The notes beneath the pieces are model-generated. The model was not told the DNA's origin. It searched no databases and worked only from the letters and a program-made list of their open reading frames with translations. The position numbers and the translations under genes are program-made. A DNA stretch of 64,000 nucleotides from Candidatus Micrarchaeota archaeon. Lineage in GTDB: Archaea > Micrarchaeota > Micrarchaeia > Burarchaeales > JAKAKT01. Location: NCBI GenBank assembly GCA_021813385.1, contig JAKAKT010000095.1, forward strand, positions 14,194 through 78,193, written 5' to 3'. This document shows positions 45,509 through 54,492 of this stretch, one piece after another. Numbering within the stretch: the first letter of the stretch is position 1; each line of letters begins with the position of its first letter.

Positions 45509-47995
45509 TCACTTCAGGCGGCTTTTGCGCATCAGCGCAATTTCAACCGGGTTCCCGATTATGGCAATTAGCCCCGAAATCCTCCCTTCCCGGAAGATGG
45601 GGGATATCCTCGCCTCAACTGAAAACTTCTTGTTGTTGTGGAGGTATGCCGCTTTGATGCTTTCCGGTTTCCCGGATTCAAGCACTCTGCCGTGGCCGTC
45701 CATTAGCCTCTTCGGGATGATGCCTGCGAGCTCTTGCAAGCGCTTCCCAATCGGGGATGTAAAAACCCCCAGACTCGCGCATATGCCCCTGAACCGCTTA
45801 TTGCACGAGGTTATTTGCATCTTCTCGTCCACCAAAATTGCAGAGACCTCCAGGGAATCTATCAGGATCTGGTAGTTGGAGAGTGAATCGCTTAGCCCTT
45901 CCTCAATCCGCTTTAGCTCGGTTATGTCGGTTATGCTCGCGACAGAACCTAAGAAAGCGTCGTCATTGTCAAGAAGCGGGCTAGCCCCAATGAGAACGTT
46001 GATGCGGCTGCTGTCCTTTCTTATGAGCTCGAAATTGTAATTCTCCCTCACTCCTTTCCTCCTCCGCTGGATGATTTTCTTGGAGAGCTCCATCCCTTTC
46101 TCGTCCATGAAGGAGAATACGTGCTCGCCAATCAGCTCCTTTACGCTGTAGCCGAGCATCTGGGCGATTTTTGGGTTTGCAAACTTGATGAACGAGTCCT
46201 TGTCCGTCACCCAAACCCCTTCATTCAGCGTCTCGAGTAGCCCGCGGTATTCCCTCTCGCTGGTTGCTATCCGCTCTTCAATCCTCTTGCTCTCCGTTAT
46301 GTCGCGGGAGACGATTGTGAAGCCGGTAACCTCCTCTGTGGCTCCTCGGCGGACTGAAACGTTCACGCTGAACCAGCCCTTTTTTGCGCTTGTATCGAGA
46401 GTATGCACGAAATTCTGGGTAAGCCCCGTTGCTCTCGCCCTCTCAAGAGCGGGCGTCAGTTTCTCGGTTATTTCCCAGGGCAATGCTTTTTTGTAGTCCT
46501 TTCCAACGTGGGACTTGGTATCGAGAAAGCTCACCCTGCTCGGCGGTTTGTGGAATCCGAGAATTGTTCCCTTGCTCCCTATGATGACCACTAGGTCGTC
46601 CATCGAGTTGAGCGTGGAGCGGAGGAATTCCTCGCTCTCGCGCAGCTTATCCTCGGTTTTCTTCCGGTCGGTTATGTCTGTTATGGACCCCTCCAGGATT
46701 CCCTGCTCCGGATAGAGCCTAAGCGAAGTAAGGCAAACCCGCATCTCGCCTTTCTTGTTAAGCATCCTGCACTCGAAGTCGGTGACACTGCCCTTGGATT
46801 TAAGTCTGCGGACCATCTCCTTCCGTTCACGCGGAATGGCCCAGTGGATTATCGAGGGCTTGCCCCGCATCTCTTCGCGCGTCCTGCCGAAAATCGTTAG
46901 GAACTTCTCGTTCATGTCCAATATTTCAGAGCCGTCGAGCCTTGTCCTGAACATCCCCACTTCGGAGTTGTTGAAGAGCGAGCGGTATTTCTCTTCGCTA
47001 GTCTTCAGCGATTCTGCCGCCTTCTTCTGCGCGGTTATGTCCTCGAAGACCTCGAGGACTGCGGGCTTCCCCTTGAAGAGCATCCCTGTGTGGGTTATCC
47101 TGAACGACCTGCCTTCCAGGCACCCTTCGGTCTCGATGGTTTCGGTCCTCCCGAGGGAAATTTTCTTTTTCAGCGGGCAGTGCGGGCATTGCTTCCTGTC
47201 ATCCTTGTATGCCTGCCAGCACTTGTTCCCAGTGTGGTCCTTCCCGAGAAGCGCCTTCATCTTCTCGTCCAGGAAAAGGAGCGTTCCATCTTCGCTCACG
47301 ATGTCCATCGGGAAGGGGATTGTCTTGACGAGCGTCTCCTTGAACCTGAGATTCTCCCTGGGGGACTCCTCTTTTCTCTTGCCCTCGGTTATGTCCCGGA
47401 TTATCGTTATGACTCCAACTGGTTTTCCGTTCTCGACAAACGGGACTTTTTTCGTTTCTGTGAGTATCTTTTTCCCATCGACTGACGACCAGTCTTCCGT
47501 GACGAACGGCTTGCCTGTCTCAAGCACCTTCTCGTATTCGCGCGCAATGGATTTTCTGAGAAACGGGAAAAGCTCGAAAACTGTTTTTCCCTCGGGGTCG
47601 GCATCGATGCCGAGTTTCTTGTTCCATTCCCTGAAGGCGCGGTTCATGAACAGGATTTTGAGCGAAGCGTCAGCCACGTGAATCGCTTCCCCAAGGGAAT
47701 CAAACAGCATTTTGTATTTTTTCACAGAAAACCTGTAAGGCCCCGGGTAGCCATTTCCAGAAAATCCGACCTTCGATTGGCCTTCCCGCGCAATTTTGCC
47801 CCCCGTGAAAACACTCTCCTCGCGATAATGCCACGGATATATTGTTTCTCCCGCCTTTAATAGTTTACCCAAAAGAATGTCTGCTTTTTCCGCGTCTTGG
47901 CCCGGGGAAACGATTGGGCAGGGAAGAAATGGGCGATTGGGGGGCCGAACACGGGGGTCAAAGAAGTCTCTTTGAGAGCGCCTCGACTTCATCAA
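45509..47995 (-). CDS. Multi-PAS-domain sensor protein without a recognisable output domain
   Basis: At least five PAS/PAC units (repeated ...DITERK..., DITESK, DITELK junctions); no HATPase/HisKA, GGDEF or HTH motif seen. Confidence 0.65.
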   Translation of the reverse strand: MMKSRRSQRDFFDPRVRPPNRPFLPCPIVSPGQDAEKADILLGKLLKAGETIYPWHYREESVFTGGKIAREGQSKVGFSGNGYPGPYRFSVKKYKMLFDSLGEAIHVADASLKILFMNRAFREWNKKLGIDADPEGKTVFELFPFLRKSIAREYEKVLETGKPFVTEDWSSVDGKKILTETKKVPFVENGKPVGVITIIRDITEGKRKEESPRENLRFKETLVKTIPFPMDIVSEDGTLLFLDEKMKALLGKDHTGNKCWQAYKDDRKQCPHCPLKKKISLGRTETIETEGCLEGRSFRITHTGMLFKGKPAVLEVFEDITAQKKAAESLKTSEEKYRSLFNNSEVGMFRTRLDGSEILDMNEKFLTIFGRTREEMRGKPSIIHWAIPRERKEMVRRLKSKGSVTDFECRMLNKKGEMRVCLTSLRLYPEQGILEGSITDITDRKKTEDKLRESEEFLRSTLNSMDDLVVIIGSKGTILGFHKPPSRVSFLDTKSHVGKDYKKALPWEITEKLTPALERARATGLTQNFVHTLDTSAKKGWFSVNVSVRRGATEEVTGFTIVSRDITESKRIEERIATSEREYRGLLETLNEGVWVTDKDSFIKFANPKIAQMLGYSVKELIGEHVFSFMDEKGMELSKKIIQRRRKGVRENYNFELIRKDSSRINVLIGASPLLDNDDAFLGSVASITDITELKRIEEGLSDSLSNYQILIDSLEVSAILVDEKMQITSCNKRFRGICASLGVFTSPIGKRLQELAGIIPKRLMDGHGRVLESGKPESIKAAYLHNNKKFSVEARISPIFREGRISGLIAIIGNPVEIALMRKSRLK

Positions 47996-48437
47996 CGAGT
48001 TTCCTCGGTATCAACGCGCCGTTGTCAAGCCTTCCCTTCACTTCATTAGTGAATTTATCTGAAAGGATGCTTCTCAGTTTCTTCTTGTGCTCGCATCCGA
48101 TTTCCGCGCCTGCGAGTTCCTTTATCTTCTCAATGCTCTCAAGAAAAGAGCCGTTATTCTCGATTAGCGCTATCGTCCCCTCAACCATCGGGGCTTTCGC
48201 GGCAATCCTCTCGTTCTTTGCCAGGTTTTCAAAGTATGTCTCCCGTTCCTTCTCGAGCGCGAGACCGAGCATGTCGTCTGGAACCAGGTAACCCAAATCA
48301 CGCACATAGGAGACGAGCTCGAGCCATTGCTCGTGGTTCCAGGCCCCGGTAAAAGCCTCGACAAACGAAGCGAGAACCCCTGCGTTCGCTATCCTCGAAA
48401 TCTTCTGCTCGTCGGTCAGGTTGCACATGTATTCCAT
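47958..48437 (-). CDS. Hypothetical protein
   Basis: 159 aa ORF in the cheY-containing operon. Confidence 0.4.
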   Translation of the reverse strand: MEYMCNLTDEQKISRIANAGVLASFVEAFTGAWNHEQWLELVSYVRDLGYLVPDDMLGLALEKERETYFENLAKNERIAAKAPMVEGTIALIENNGSFLESIEKIKELAGAEIGCEHKKKLRSILSDKFTNEVKGRLDNGALIPRKLVDEVEALSKRLL

Positions 48438-49681
48438 ACTGAGGGATTGGGTATCGGGGTGGTATTTATAGCTTGCAGTTGCGGGGCGGCTGGGGGCTTG
48501 GCATTGCCAAACAAGGGGCTCAAAGGGCAGTTTATTGCTCGAATGGGATTTTTCGCGGCTTGCAATTTCCGGGCTTGGAGCTTCTCGAGTTCCTCCGTAA
48601 GCAACTTAAGCCGCAAGTCGGCATCCGCCATCATCCTCGATACTGTTTCGTGCAGGCTCTTTAGCCTCTGCTCCTCCAAAGGGTCGAGTTTTTCTCCCCT
48701 CCTCAGAAGCTCCTCTTTCCGTCCGCAAGCCACGAGCATTAACAGGCGATGGTTCCGTAGGATTGAGTCATAAGTCAAGAACTCCGGGGCAATCTTTCCA
48801 AAAAGTCGCCTCCTGACCCAGAACGAATCGGAACTTATGAAACCGGCTTCAGCAAGCCAGCGGAGGGCCCTTTCGTTCCCGCTTTCCGCCTCGAGTCTTG
48901 ACCCGCTTGCAGGATTGCCCAGCAAGCGCCTGCCGGAAGATACTGCCTCGGCACCTTCCGTTAATATCCTGCGAATCACCTGGCTGTCTTGTTTTTGTAA
49001 TGAGGCTGCAGCAGCCGTGTCTCTCAAAAATGTTTCCGCGAGATTCCGCGCCTGCTCCCTTTCCTCGATAATCACAACGCTTTCGCTTTGCCTTGAACCG
49101 CTCACTCCAACGGTTTTCCCATTTAGGTAGAGCTCATAAGCATCGAACATCGTGTCGCTTCTTTTCAGCTCGTTCTTGTAGCCGGCACAGGCGAATCGCC
49201 CTTTCCTGAGTTCTTCAGGCCCGATTTCCCTTGTCCGCCCGGTCATCTTGTCATAGTGGAGATAAACAGTGTCCGCCATGTTTTCGTTGCTGTATACCTC
49301 TGGAGTCCTGAGGATGAACGTTATCTTCGCACCGGGCTTTGCGTAAACTTTTTCGACATCGGCATTTAGCCCTTCGATGAGCTTCCCATCGACCTCGAAC
49401 TCTATGAATCTTTTCTTCGCCCTGTCCACTTCCAGCTGGCCCACCGACTCAATCATCTGCCCGAGGCCTCCATAGGAAACAAGCTTCACGTTCCCAAACG
49501 CATTCGCAGCATCGAGGATGTTCAGAAGCCCTTCGGAGCGGACTTTCAGGTGCCCAAGAGCTGCCCTTTCCCCGCGGATTCCCTCAGTGCAAAGCTCTAT
49601 CTCGTGGAACCCGGCACGCTTTTTGGCATGGCGGTTGGCTGAATCGGAAATATCCCTTCTCCCAACAAACCCATTGGCCAT
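48416..49681 (-). CDS. Hypothetical chemotaxis-operon protein (weak CheC/CheX-like EGLLNILDAANAFGN segment)
   Basis: Immediately downstream of cheY on the same strand; weak resemblance to the CheC-family (D/E)xLxEIGNIxxGxAA motif. Confidence 0.35.
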   Translation of the reverse strand: MANGFVGRRDISDSANRHAKKRAGFHEIELCTEGIRGERAALGHLKVRSEGLLNILDAANAFGNVKLVSYGGLGQMIESVGQLEVDRAKKRFIEFEVDGKLIEGLNADVEKVYAKPGAKITFILRTPEVYSNENMADTVYLHYDKMTGRTREIGPEELRKGRFACAGYKNELKRSDTMFDAYELYLNGKTVGVSGSRQSESVVIIEEREQARNLAETFLRDTAAAASLQKQDSQVIRRILTEGAEAVSSGRRLLGNPASGSRLEAESGNERALRWLAEAGFISSDSFWVRRRLFGKIAPEFLTYDSILRNHRLLMLVACGRKEELLRRGEKLDPLEEQRLKSLHETVSRMMADADLRLKLLTEELEKLQARKLQAAKNPIRAINCPLSPLFGNAKPPAAPQLQAINTTPIPNPSVWNTCAT

Positions 49682-49748
49682 CGAATCAACAACTCGCTAG
49701 AACACTGAGGATAGAAACCAGCCCCAGGCAACTGCCAAAGACAAAGAA

Positions 49749-50108
49749 TCAGCCCAAAACCTTCCTCACCGCAGAGATTACCTGGTCTTCTTTGAATGGC
49801 TTGTTGACGAACCCAAACGCACCGGCATCAGTCGCCTCCTTGACAACGGCGTCCTGCCCTACGGAAGTGCATATGAAGACCTTTGCTTTCGAATCCATCT
49901 TGCGTATCTCCTTGAGAGCATCGATGCCGCTGACCTTTATCATCGTTATGTCCAGGAACACGACATCGGGCGAGATTTCCTTGTACCTTGCGATTGCATC
50001 CAATCCATCGGGAACGCTCGTAATCTGGTGGTCGCCAGACTTCTTGATTGCATTCTCGAGCAGTTTCCTCATGAACGCTGAGTCGTCCGCTATGAGAATT
50101 TTCGCCAT
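49749..50108 (-). CDS. cheY: Chemotaxis response regulator CheY
   Basis: MAKILIADDSAFMRKLL...VVFLDITMIKVSGIDALKEIRK...KVFICTSVGQ...NKPF; 119 aa single-domain receiver. Confidence 0.8.
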   Translation of the reverse strand: MAKILIADDSAFMRKLLENAIKKSGDHQITSVPDGLDAIARYKEISPDVVFLDITMIKVSGIDALKEIRKMDSKAKVFICTSVGQDAVVKEATDAGAFGFVNKPFKEDQVISAVRKVLG

Positions 50109-50214
50109 ATGCCCACCCAGTTGTAATGTTTTTTGTTCTTTTATAAATGTTTTGTGAATTACTGGCAGGAGGACGCCTTGAACGGCTCCGGGGCCGTTTG
50201 GCCAACGGCCTGGC

Positions 50215-51024
50215 TTATTTCCTCTTTGTTTTTTTCAATTGAATCGGCATCTTTGGCTCGGCGCCATCCAATTTCAGCCGCCCGTCTGCTGGCCCATACG
50301 CCACCACATCACCCTCGACGAACCGCCTCAATCTCATCCTCTCGAGAATCTTTTCGAACGAGAGAAGCGTCAGCAGGGTGAACACGAGAGACGCCAACAG
50401 CAAGAAGACTGCATTGAGCGCCACGGAATCCAATTTTTGCAGCGGGTGCAAGGCGAGGGCAGCCCCGGACGCTACGCTCGTGAGACCGCTTAGGAAAAGG
50501 AACAAGCCGGATGACAATGACGCTGCTGCAACGTTCCTGTAGAAATTCTCCGGCCCGGTTATCCTGGAAAGGAAATGCACCATCACATAGGCAGAAAGGA
50601 ATATCGCCAGGGCAGTTGTCAAAGACCAGATGTCCTTATAGGCTAGGAAGAGGAGGATGAGGGAACCTCCAGCGAATATGCTTCCTGAAAGCTTTCCGTC
50701 GGAATAGGCGACGAGGGCTAGAAGCGCTGACAGCACCGCGAGCGCGGTTAGGACCGGCAGGGGGAATGTTTCTAGCGGGCCGGCAGAGACATAGGAAACG
50801 CCGAAGGTCCAATATGCGAGCATGCTGAGTAACAGATAGCAAACAGCCTTAACGTGCATGTTGTAAACGGGCCGCACAATGAAAGTCATGAAAGCAACGA
50901 GGGTAAATACCGCCAGGGAGGTTGAGCCGTCCGGGGAAAGCACAAAAAAGGAAAAAAACGCAAGGGCGAAGCAATAGAATATGACTGTGCTCGGATTGCG
51001 CAAGAAGATTGGAAGCCGAACCAT
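50215..51024 (-). CDS. Polytopic membrane protein, unknown function
   Basis: About 7 TM helices; basic C-terminal tail. Confidence 0.45.
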   Translation of the reverse strand: MVRLPIFLRNPSTVIFYCFALAFFSFFVLSPDGSTSLAVFTLVAFMTFIVRPVYNMHVKAVCYLLLSMLAYWTFGVSYVSAGPLETFPLPVLTALAVLSALLALVAYSDGKLSGSIFAGGSLILLFLAYKDIWSLTTALAIFLSAYVMVHFLSRITGPENFYRNVAAASLSSGLFLFLSGLTSVASGAALALHPLQKLDSVALNAVFLLLASLVFTLLTLLSFEKILERMRLRRFVEGDVVAYGPADGRLKLDGAEPKMPIQLKKTKRK

Positions 51025-51080
51025 GATGATACGTTCAATCCTTCGCTATAAATACTTTGCCTTGCGCCGATAGTTTAGTA

Positions 51081-51219
51081 CTGTGGTGAATAATTCAATC
51101 TACGACGACAAACTCGAGCCGATGCGGGACCCGAGTCAGGAACGCTTCCGCCGAAACCCGAAAGTGAGGGCTCGAATCGAGTTCGGGCGTTAACGCCGTG
51201 GGATTTGTCCACCACACCA
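51081..51219 (+). mobile_element. 139-nt structured repeat element, copy 1 (MITE-like: terminal inverted repeats, 9-bp flanking direct repeat)
   Basis: Ends CTGTGGTGAATAAT...ATTTGTCCACCACA; flanked by atagtttag at 51070-51078 and 51220-51228; about 85% identical to the copy at 54111-54249; the internal hairpins are listed in the finding for this element. Confidence 0.55.
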
Positions 51220-51224
51220 ATAGT

Positions 51225-52862
51225 TTAGCTCTGGGTCGATGCTTCTACTTTTTTTACTATTTCCTCCACGTCGGCTTTTTCGCTGTTCGCCAAGTCGGAG
51301 TAGAGGGCGCTTATCCTGTCCACTGCTTCCTTTGCAACATCATATTTCGCCATGTCGGAGACGCCAACCTTTTTGTAGCCCGCAAACATTATCTCAAGGG
51401 CTTTTGATATTTTGGATATATTCAGGAAGCCCATGGCTGCGCTCATTGATTTCAGGCTGTGCGCTGAGCGGTGGATTTCCGAAATGAGCTCTGTGTTCTG
51501 CGGGTTGTCTTTTATCTGAGGAAGCTTTTTCAGAGCCTCGACATAGGTGACTGCTTCTTCCTTGTAAGCGTCCATAAATTCGGCCATGTTCATCGGGCCC
51601 TCTTCTTCGGCATGCGGGGGGGCTGGTGCCTTGGGCTGTGCTTGTGCCGGGGCGGGTGCCTGTGAAGGAGCCGGCTGCTGGGCTTTTGGGGATGGCCCAG
51701 GTTCGGCCATTGGCTGTGCCCCATTAGTGTTTTCAGCGCCCTGTGCTGATGGCGCCGGGGGGGGTTCTGCCTTCGGTTCTTGCATTGGCTGGGAATCTGG
51801 CTCTTCTTTATCTTGCGATGGAACCGGAGTAGACGCTTGCACCTTCTCTCCCAGCTCCTTCGCTATCGCTGCAACGTCTTTGTTCTGCTGAGCGATTTGC
51901 TCTGCCAGCCAGTCGCTTTCTTTGGGCTTTTCCTGGCTCATTTCGCCCTGCACGAGCTGCTGGGACTGTTTAACAGACAAAATTGCCAGCTTTTCCCTTT
52001 CGACAAGCCTCCTGACGTCCTCGAGCCCTGGGCCGGAATAATTGAAGCTCGGTTCATTTTTCTGCCCGCTCATCCGTATGCTTATTGCCACCTTGCCCTT
52101 CTCCTCTTTCTCGGAAACTTCTATCTCTCCCTTTGGCTCTACGGGCATGCTCCTGCTGAAGAGTGATTCCAGCTCCTCGGAGCCCATGCCCACTACTTCT
52201 AGCCCCTCGCCAGGGCCCATCACGTTTATTTTCTTAGGGAGGACGTCTGATAGGAAACCCGCGAGCTCGGCTTTTTTCATCGAGAGGGATTTCCTGAGCC
52301 CGAAGCCCCCGCTTAACCCCAAGCGCACATCGCCCTCGCTCGCTTCTATATCAATTTTCTGCAGCATGGTGATTTCAAAGTGATTGAGCCTGGGCCCGGT
52401 TCCCTCTGCGCTCTTCTTGCCAGCTGGCAGGAGCGTTTCTTCAGCTGCTTTCTCATCTGTCTTCTGCGTTATGGCCTTTGGCCCATGTTTTTCAAGTTCG
52501 CGCTTCTTTGGCTCGAGTTTTGTTGGCTCTTTCTTCTTGTGCCCATCTCGCTTCGGCTTGAGCCGCGCCCCTATTTTCGCATTGGTCTCGTGCGTCTTTG
52601 GCTCTAGTTTTGGCGGCTCGTGCTTTCCAAGCTGCCGCTTTATCTGCTCGTGAAGCGGAAGGTGCTGGTGATGCTCGTCGTGCTTCTTCTCGCGGCCATG
52701 ATCGTGGGTTATGGCTTCCCCGGTTCTATATTCTTCCTTCGTCACTTGGTGGGGGTCCTCTTTTTTCGAATGCCGGGAATGGCCCGTTTCGCTGCCCGTA
52801 AGCTTATGTCCTTCGTTATGCTTTTCCTTCTTGTCGTGGGATTCTTTAGCCACTCTTACCAC
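51225..52862 (-). CDS. HPt (CheA P1-like) domain protein with a long low-complexity N-terminal region; no kinase domain
   Basis: The C-terminal LISEIHRSAHSLKSMSAAMGF is the CheA P1/HPt phospho-His motif; the N-terminus is His/Lys-rich and Pro/Ala/Gln-rich; overlaps the cheB 3' end by 17 nt; the true start may be internal. Confidence 0.5.
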   Translation of the reverse strand: MVRVAKESHDKKEKHNEGHKLTGSETGHSRHSKKEDPHQVTKEEYRTGEAITHDHGREKKHDEHHQHLPLHEQIKRQLGKHEPPKLEPKTHETNAKIGARLKPKRDGHKKKEPTKLEPKKRELEKHGPKAITQKTDEKAAEETLLPAGKKSAEGTGPRLNHFEITMLQKIDIEASEGDVRLGLSGGFGLRKSLSMKKAELAGFLSDVLPKKINVMGPGEGLEVVGMGSEELESLFSRSMPVEPKGEIEVSEKEEKGKVAISIRMSGQKNEPSFNYSGPGLEDVRRLVEREKLAILSVKQSQQLVQGEMSQEKPKESDWLAEQIAQQNKDVAAIAKELGEKVQASTPVPSQDKEEPDSQPMQEPKAEPPPAPSAQGAENTNGAQPMAEPGPSPKAQQPAPSQAPAPAQAQPKAPAPPHAEEEGPMNMAEFMDAYKEEAVTYVEALKKLPQIKDNPQNTELISEIHRSAHSLKSMSAAMGFLNISKISKALEIMFAGYKKVGVSDMAKYDVAKEAVDRISALYSDLANSEKADVEEIVKKVEASTQS

Positions 52863-53916
52863 CCCCTCCCAACAGCTCGAGGATTTTCGGAGCGATTTCT
52901 TCGAGTTTCAGGACATGATCTGCCTCGATGCTTTTAAGGACTGCTTTGGCCATCTGCGGGCTCGCGCAGCCCCAGCTTGGGTCTTGGATTATTATTTTTC
53001 CGCCTGCTGACTTAAGGGTTTTAATTCCGGCAACTGAATCGGTCGTGTCGCCAGTAAGGATGACCCCTATCGAACCGTTGCCGCAAATCTCAGCAACTGA
53101 GCTCAGGAAGACATCGAAGCTCGAGCCCCCTTGCCCGGTGAGCTGTTGCTTGTGGACGACCAGGTAATCGCCCTCTTTCTTCAATACGATGTCGCTGTCC
53201 ACTGGCGCGAAGGACACTTGCCCATTGCAAAGGACATCGCCCTCATTCGTTATGTTAATCGTGAGTGCATTCGTGCCATTCAGCATTGAGGGCAGTTCCT
53301 TCATAAGAAGCCCCGTGAACTTGCTGTGTATCTGCTGGATTATGACGACTGCAGCCGGCATCTTCTTGTTGAGCATCGATATTATCTTCCGTATCTCCTG
53401 CGGCCCTCCCGTAGAAGCGCATACGACCACGACCCGCTTTGCAGGGTCCGCAGAGCCGTCTTTTAGGGCAATTTTTTTCGTGGGCGTATCCTCGGTAATC
53501 TTCACATCGCGGCTAATCTTCAGTTTGGCGGCATCCTTGATTGCGCGTATCAGCTCGGCCTTCATCTTTTCTATGTCGGCTGATGCGGACCCTGAAGGCT
53601 TCTGGACTGTTCCCACCGCCCCTCTCTTCAGGGCCTCTGCGCTGGCTTCAGCGCCTTCCTTTGTGAACGCGCTTATCACGACTACTTTCGTGGCTGGCTT
53701 TTCCTTCATTATTCTTGCGAGAAGAGCGAGCCCGTCAATCCCGGGCATCTGCAAATCCAGTGTGACGATTTCGGGTGCCCTCTTGTTTATGTTTTCGAGC
53801 GCGGATATCCCGTCCCCTGCTTCCCCTACAACGCGTATCTCAGGGTCCGAAGTGAGAATCTTGCGGAGCATTGCCCGCATGAACTTCGAATTGTCAACTA
53901 TGAAGATTTCTGGCAT
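52846..53916 (-). CDS. cheB: Chemotaxis protein-glutamate methylesterase CheB
   Basis: N-terminal receiver (FIVDNSKFMRAML...VTLDLQMPGIDGL) plus the C-terminal methylesterase (VVVVCASTGGPQEI...). Confidence 0.85.
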   Translation of the reverse strand: MPEIFIVDNSKFMRAMLRKILTSDPEIRVVGEAGDGISALENINKRAPEIVTLDLQMPGIDGLALLARIMKEKPATKVVVISAFTKEGAEASAEALKRGAVGTVQKPSGSASADIEKMKAELIRAIKDAAKLKISRDVKITEDTPTKKIALKDGSADPAKRVVVVCASTGGPQEIRKIISMLNKKMPAAVVIIQQIHSKFTGLLMKELPSMLNGTNALTINITNEGDVLCNGQVSFAPVDSDIVLKKEGDYLVVHKQQLTGQGGSSFDVFLSSVAEICGNGSIGVILTGDTTDSVAGIKTLKSAGGKIIIQDPSWGCASPQMAKAVLKSIEADHVLKLEEIAPKILELLGGGGKSG

Positions 53917-53943
53917 ATTCCCCCGCTAACTCCTGGTTTCTCT

Positions 53944-53953
53944 TGGTTTATAT
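53944..53953 (-). promoter_or_regulatory. TATA box of the cheB promoter (leaderless-type spacing)
   Basis: Minus-strand aactaatataaacc about 20 bp upstream of the cheB ATG. Confidence 0.35.
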
Positions 53954-54110
53954 TAGTTATAGTCCGGCGGAAATGTTAAGTTAATGTTGGTCGAGCCTGT
54001 CGGGCTGAGGTTTCGTTTGGTTCGACTCGGGCCGCCCGGGAACCCGGACGATTGTTCGCCCGAGGCCCGATTAGTTAATTTAACATTATCTAGTCCGGCC
54101 GCATCATGTG

Positions 54111-54249
54111 CTGTGGTGAATAATCCAACCCACGACGAAAAAACCGGCGGGTCGCGGGTTCCCGCCCCGAATGCTTCCGCCGAAACCCGAAAGTGGGGGC
54201 TCGAGCCGAGTTCGGGCGTTAACGCCGTGGGATTTGTTCACCACGCCAC
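54111..54249 (+). mobile_element. 139-nt structured repeat element, copy 2 (MITE-like), flanked by a 10-12 bp direct repeat
   Basis: CTGTGGTGAATAAT...ATTTGTTCACCACG; flanked by gcatcatgtg(ct) at 54101-54110 and 54250-54261; same orientation as copy 1. Confidence 0.55.
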
Positions 54250-54492
54250 GCATCATGTGCTCTTGCATATCCTGAAAGGGAAAACCTTGGGCTTTCATCG
54301 GGGGAAAGAGGTTTGGCGGGCGGGATTTCCGGTTATGGGTTGCATCGGGTCGTTCGGGGGACGAATTACGGCGAGCACAGGCCAGACCCCATAATAAAAG
54401 ACAAGAATGTACGGATTTATGCATTCACCTTCGGCTGATGAGGGTTCTGGTGCCTATTTTAATCTATTCCCGCCTATCATTCTCCCGATTTT

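Noticed and set aside
53955-54100. Imperfect inverted repeat (ccggcggaaatgttaagttaat ... attagttaatttaacattatctagtccggcc) around the cheB upstream region; possible extended ends of repeat copy 2 or a tRNA-like GGTTCGACTC segment.
   Set aside because: The repeat is imperfect and overlaps the AT-rich cheB promoter. No tRNA structure could be built and no counterpart exists next to copy 1, so it is most likely promoter-associated symmetry.
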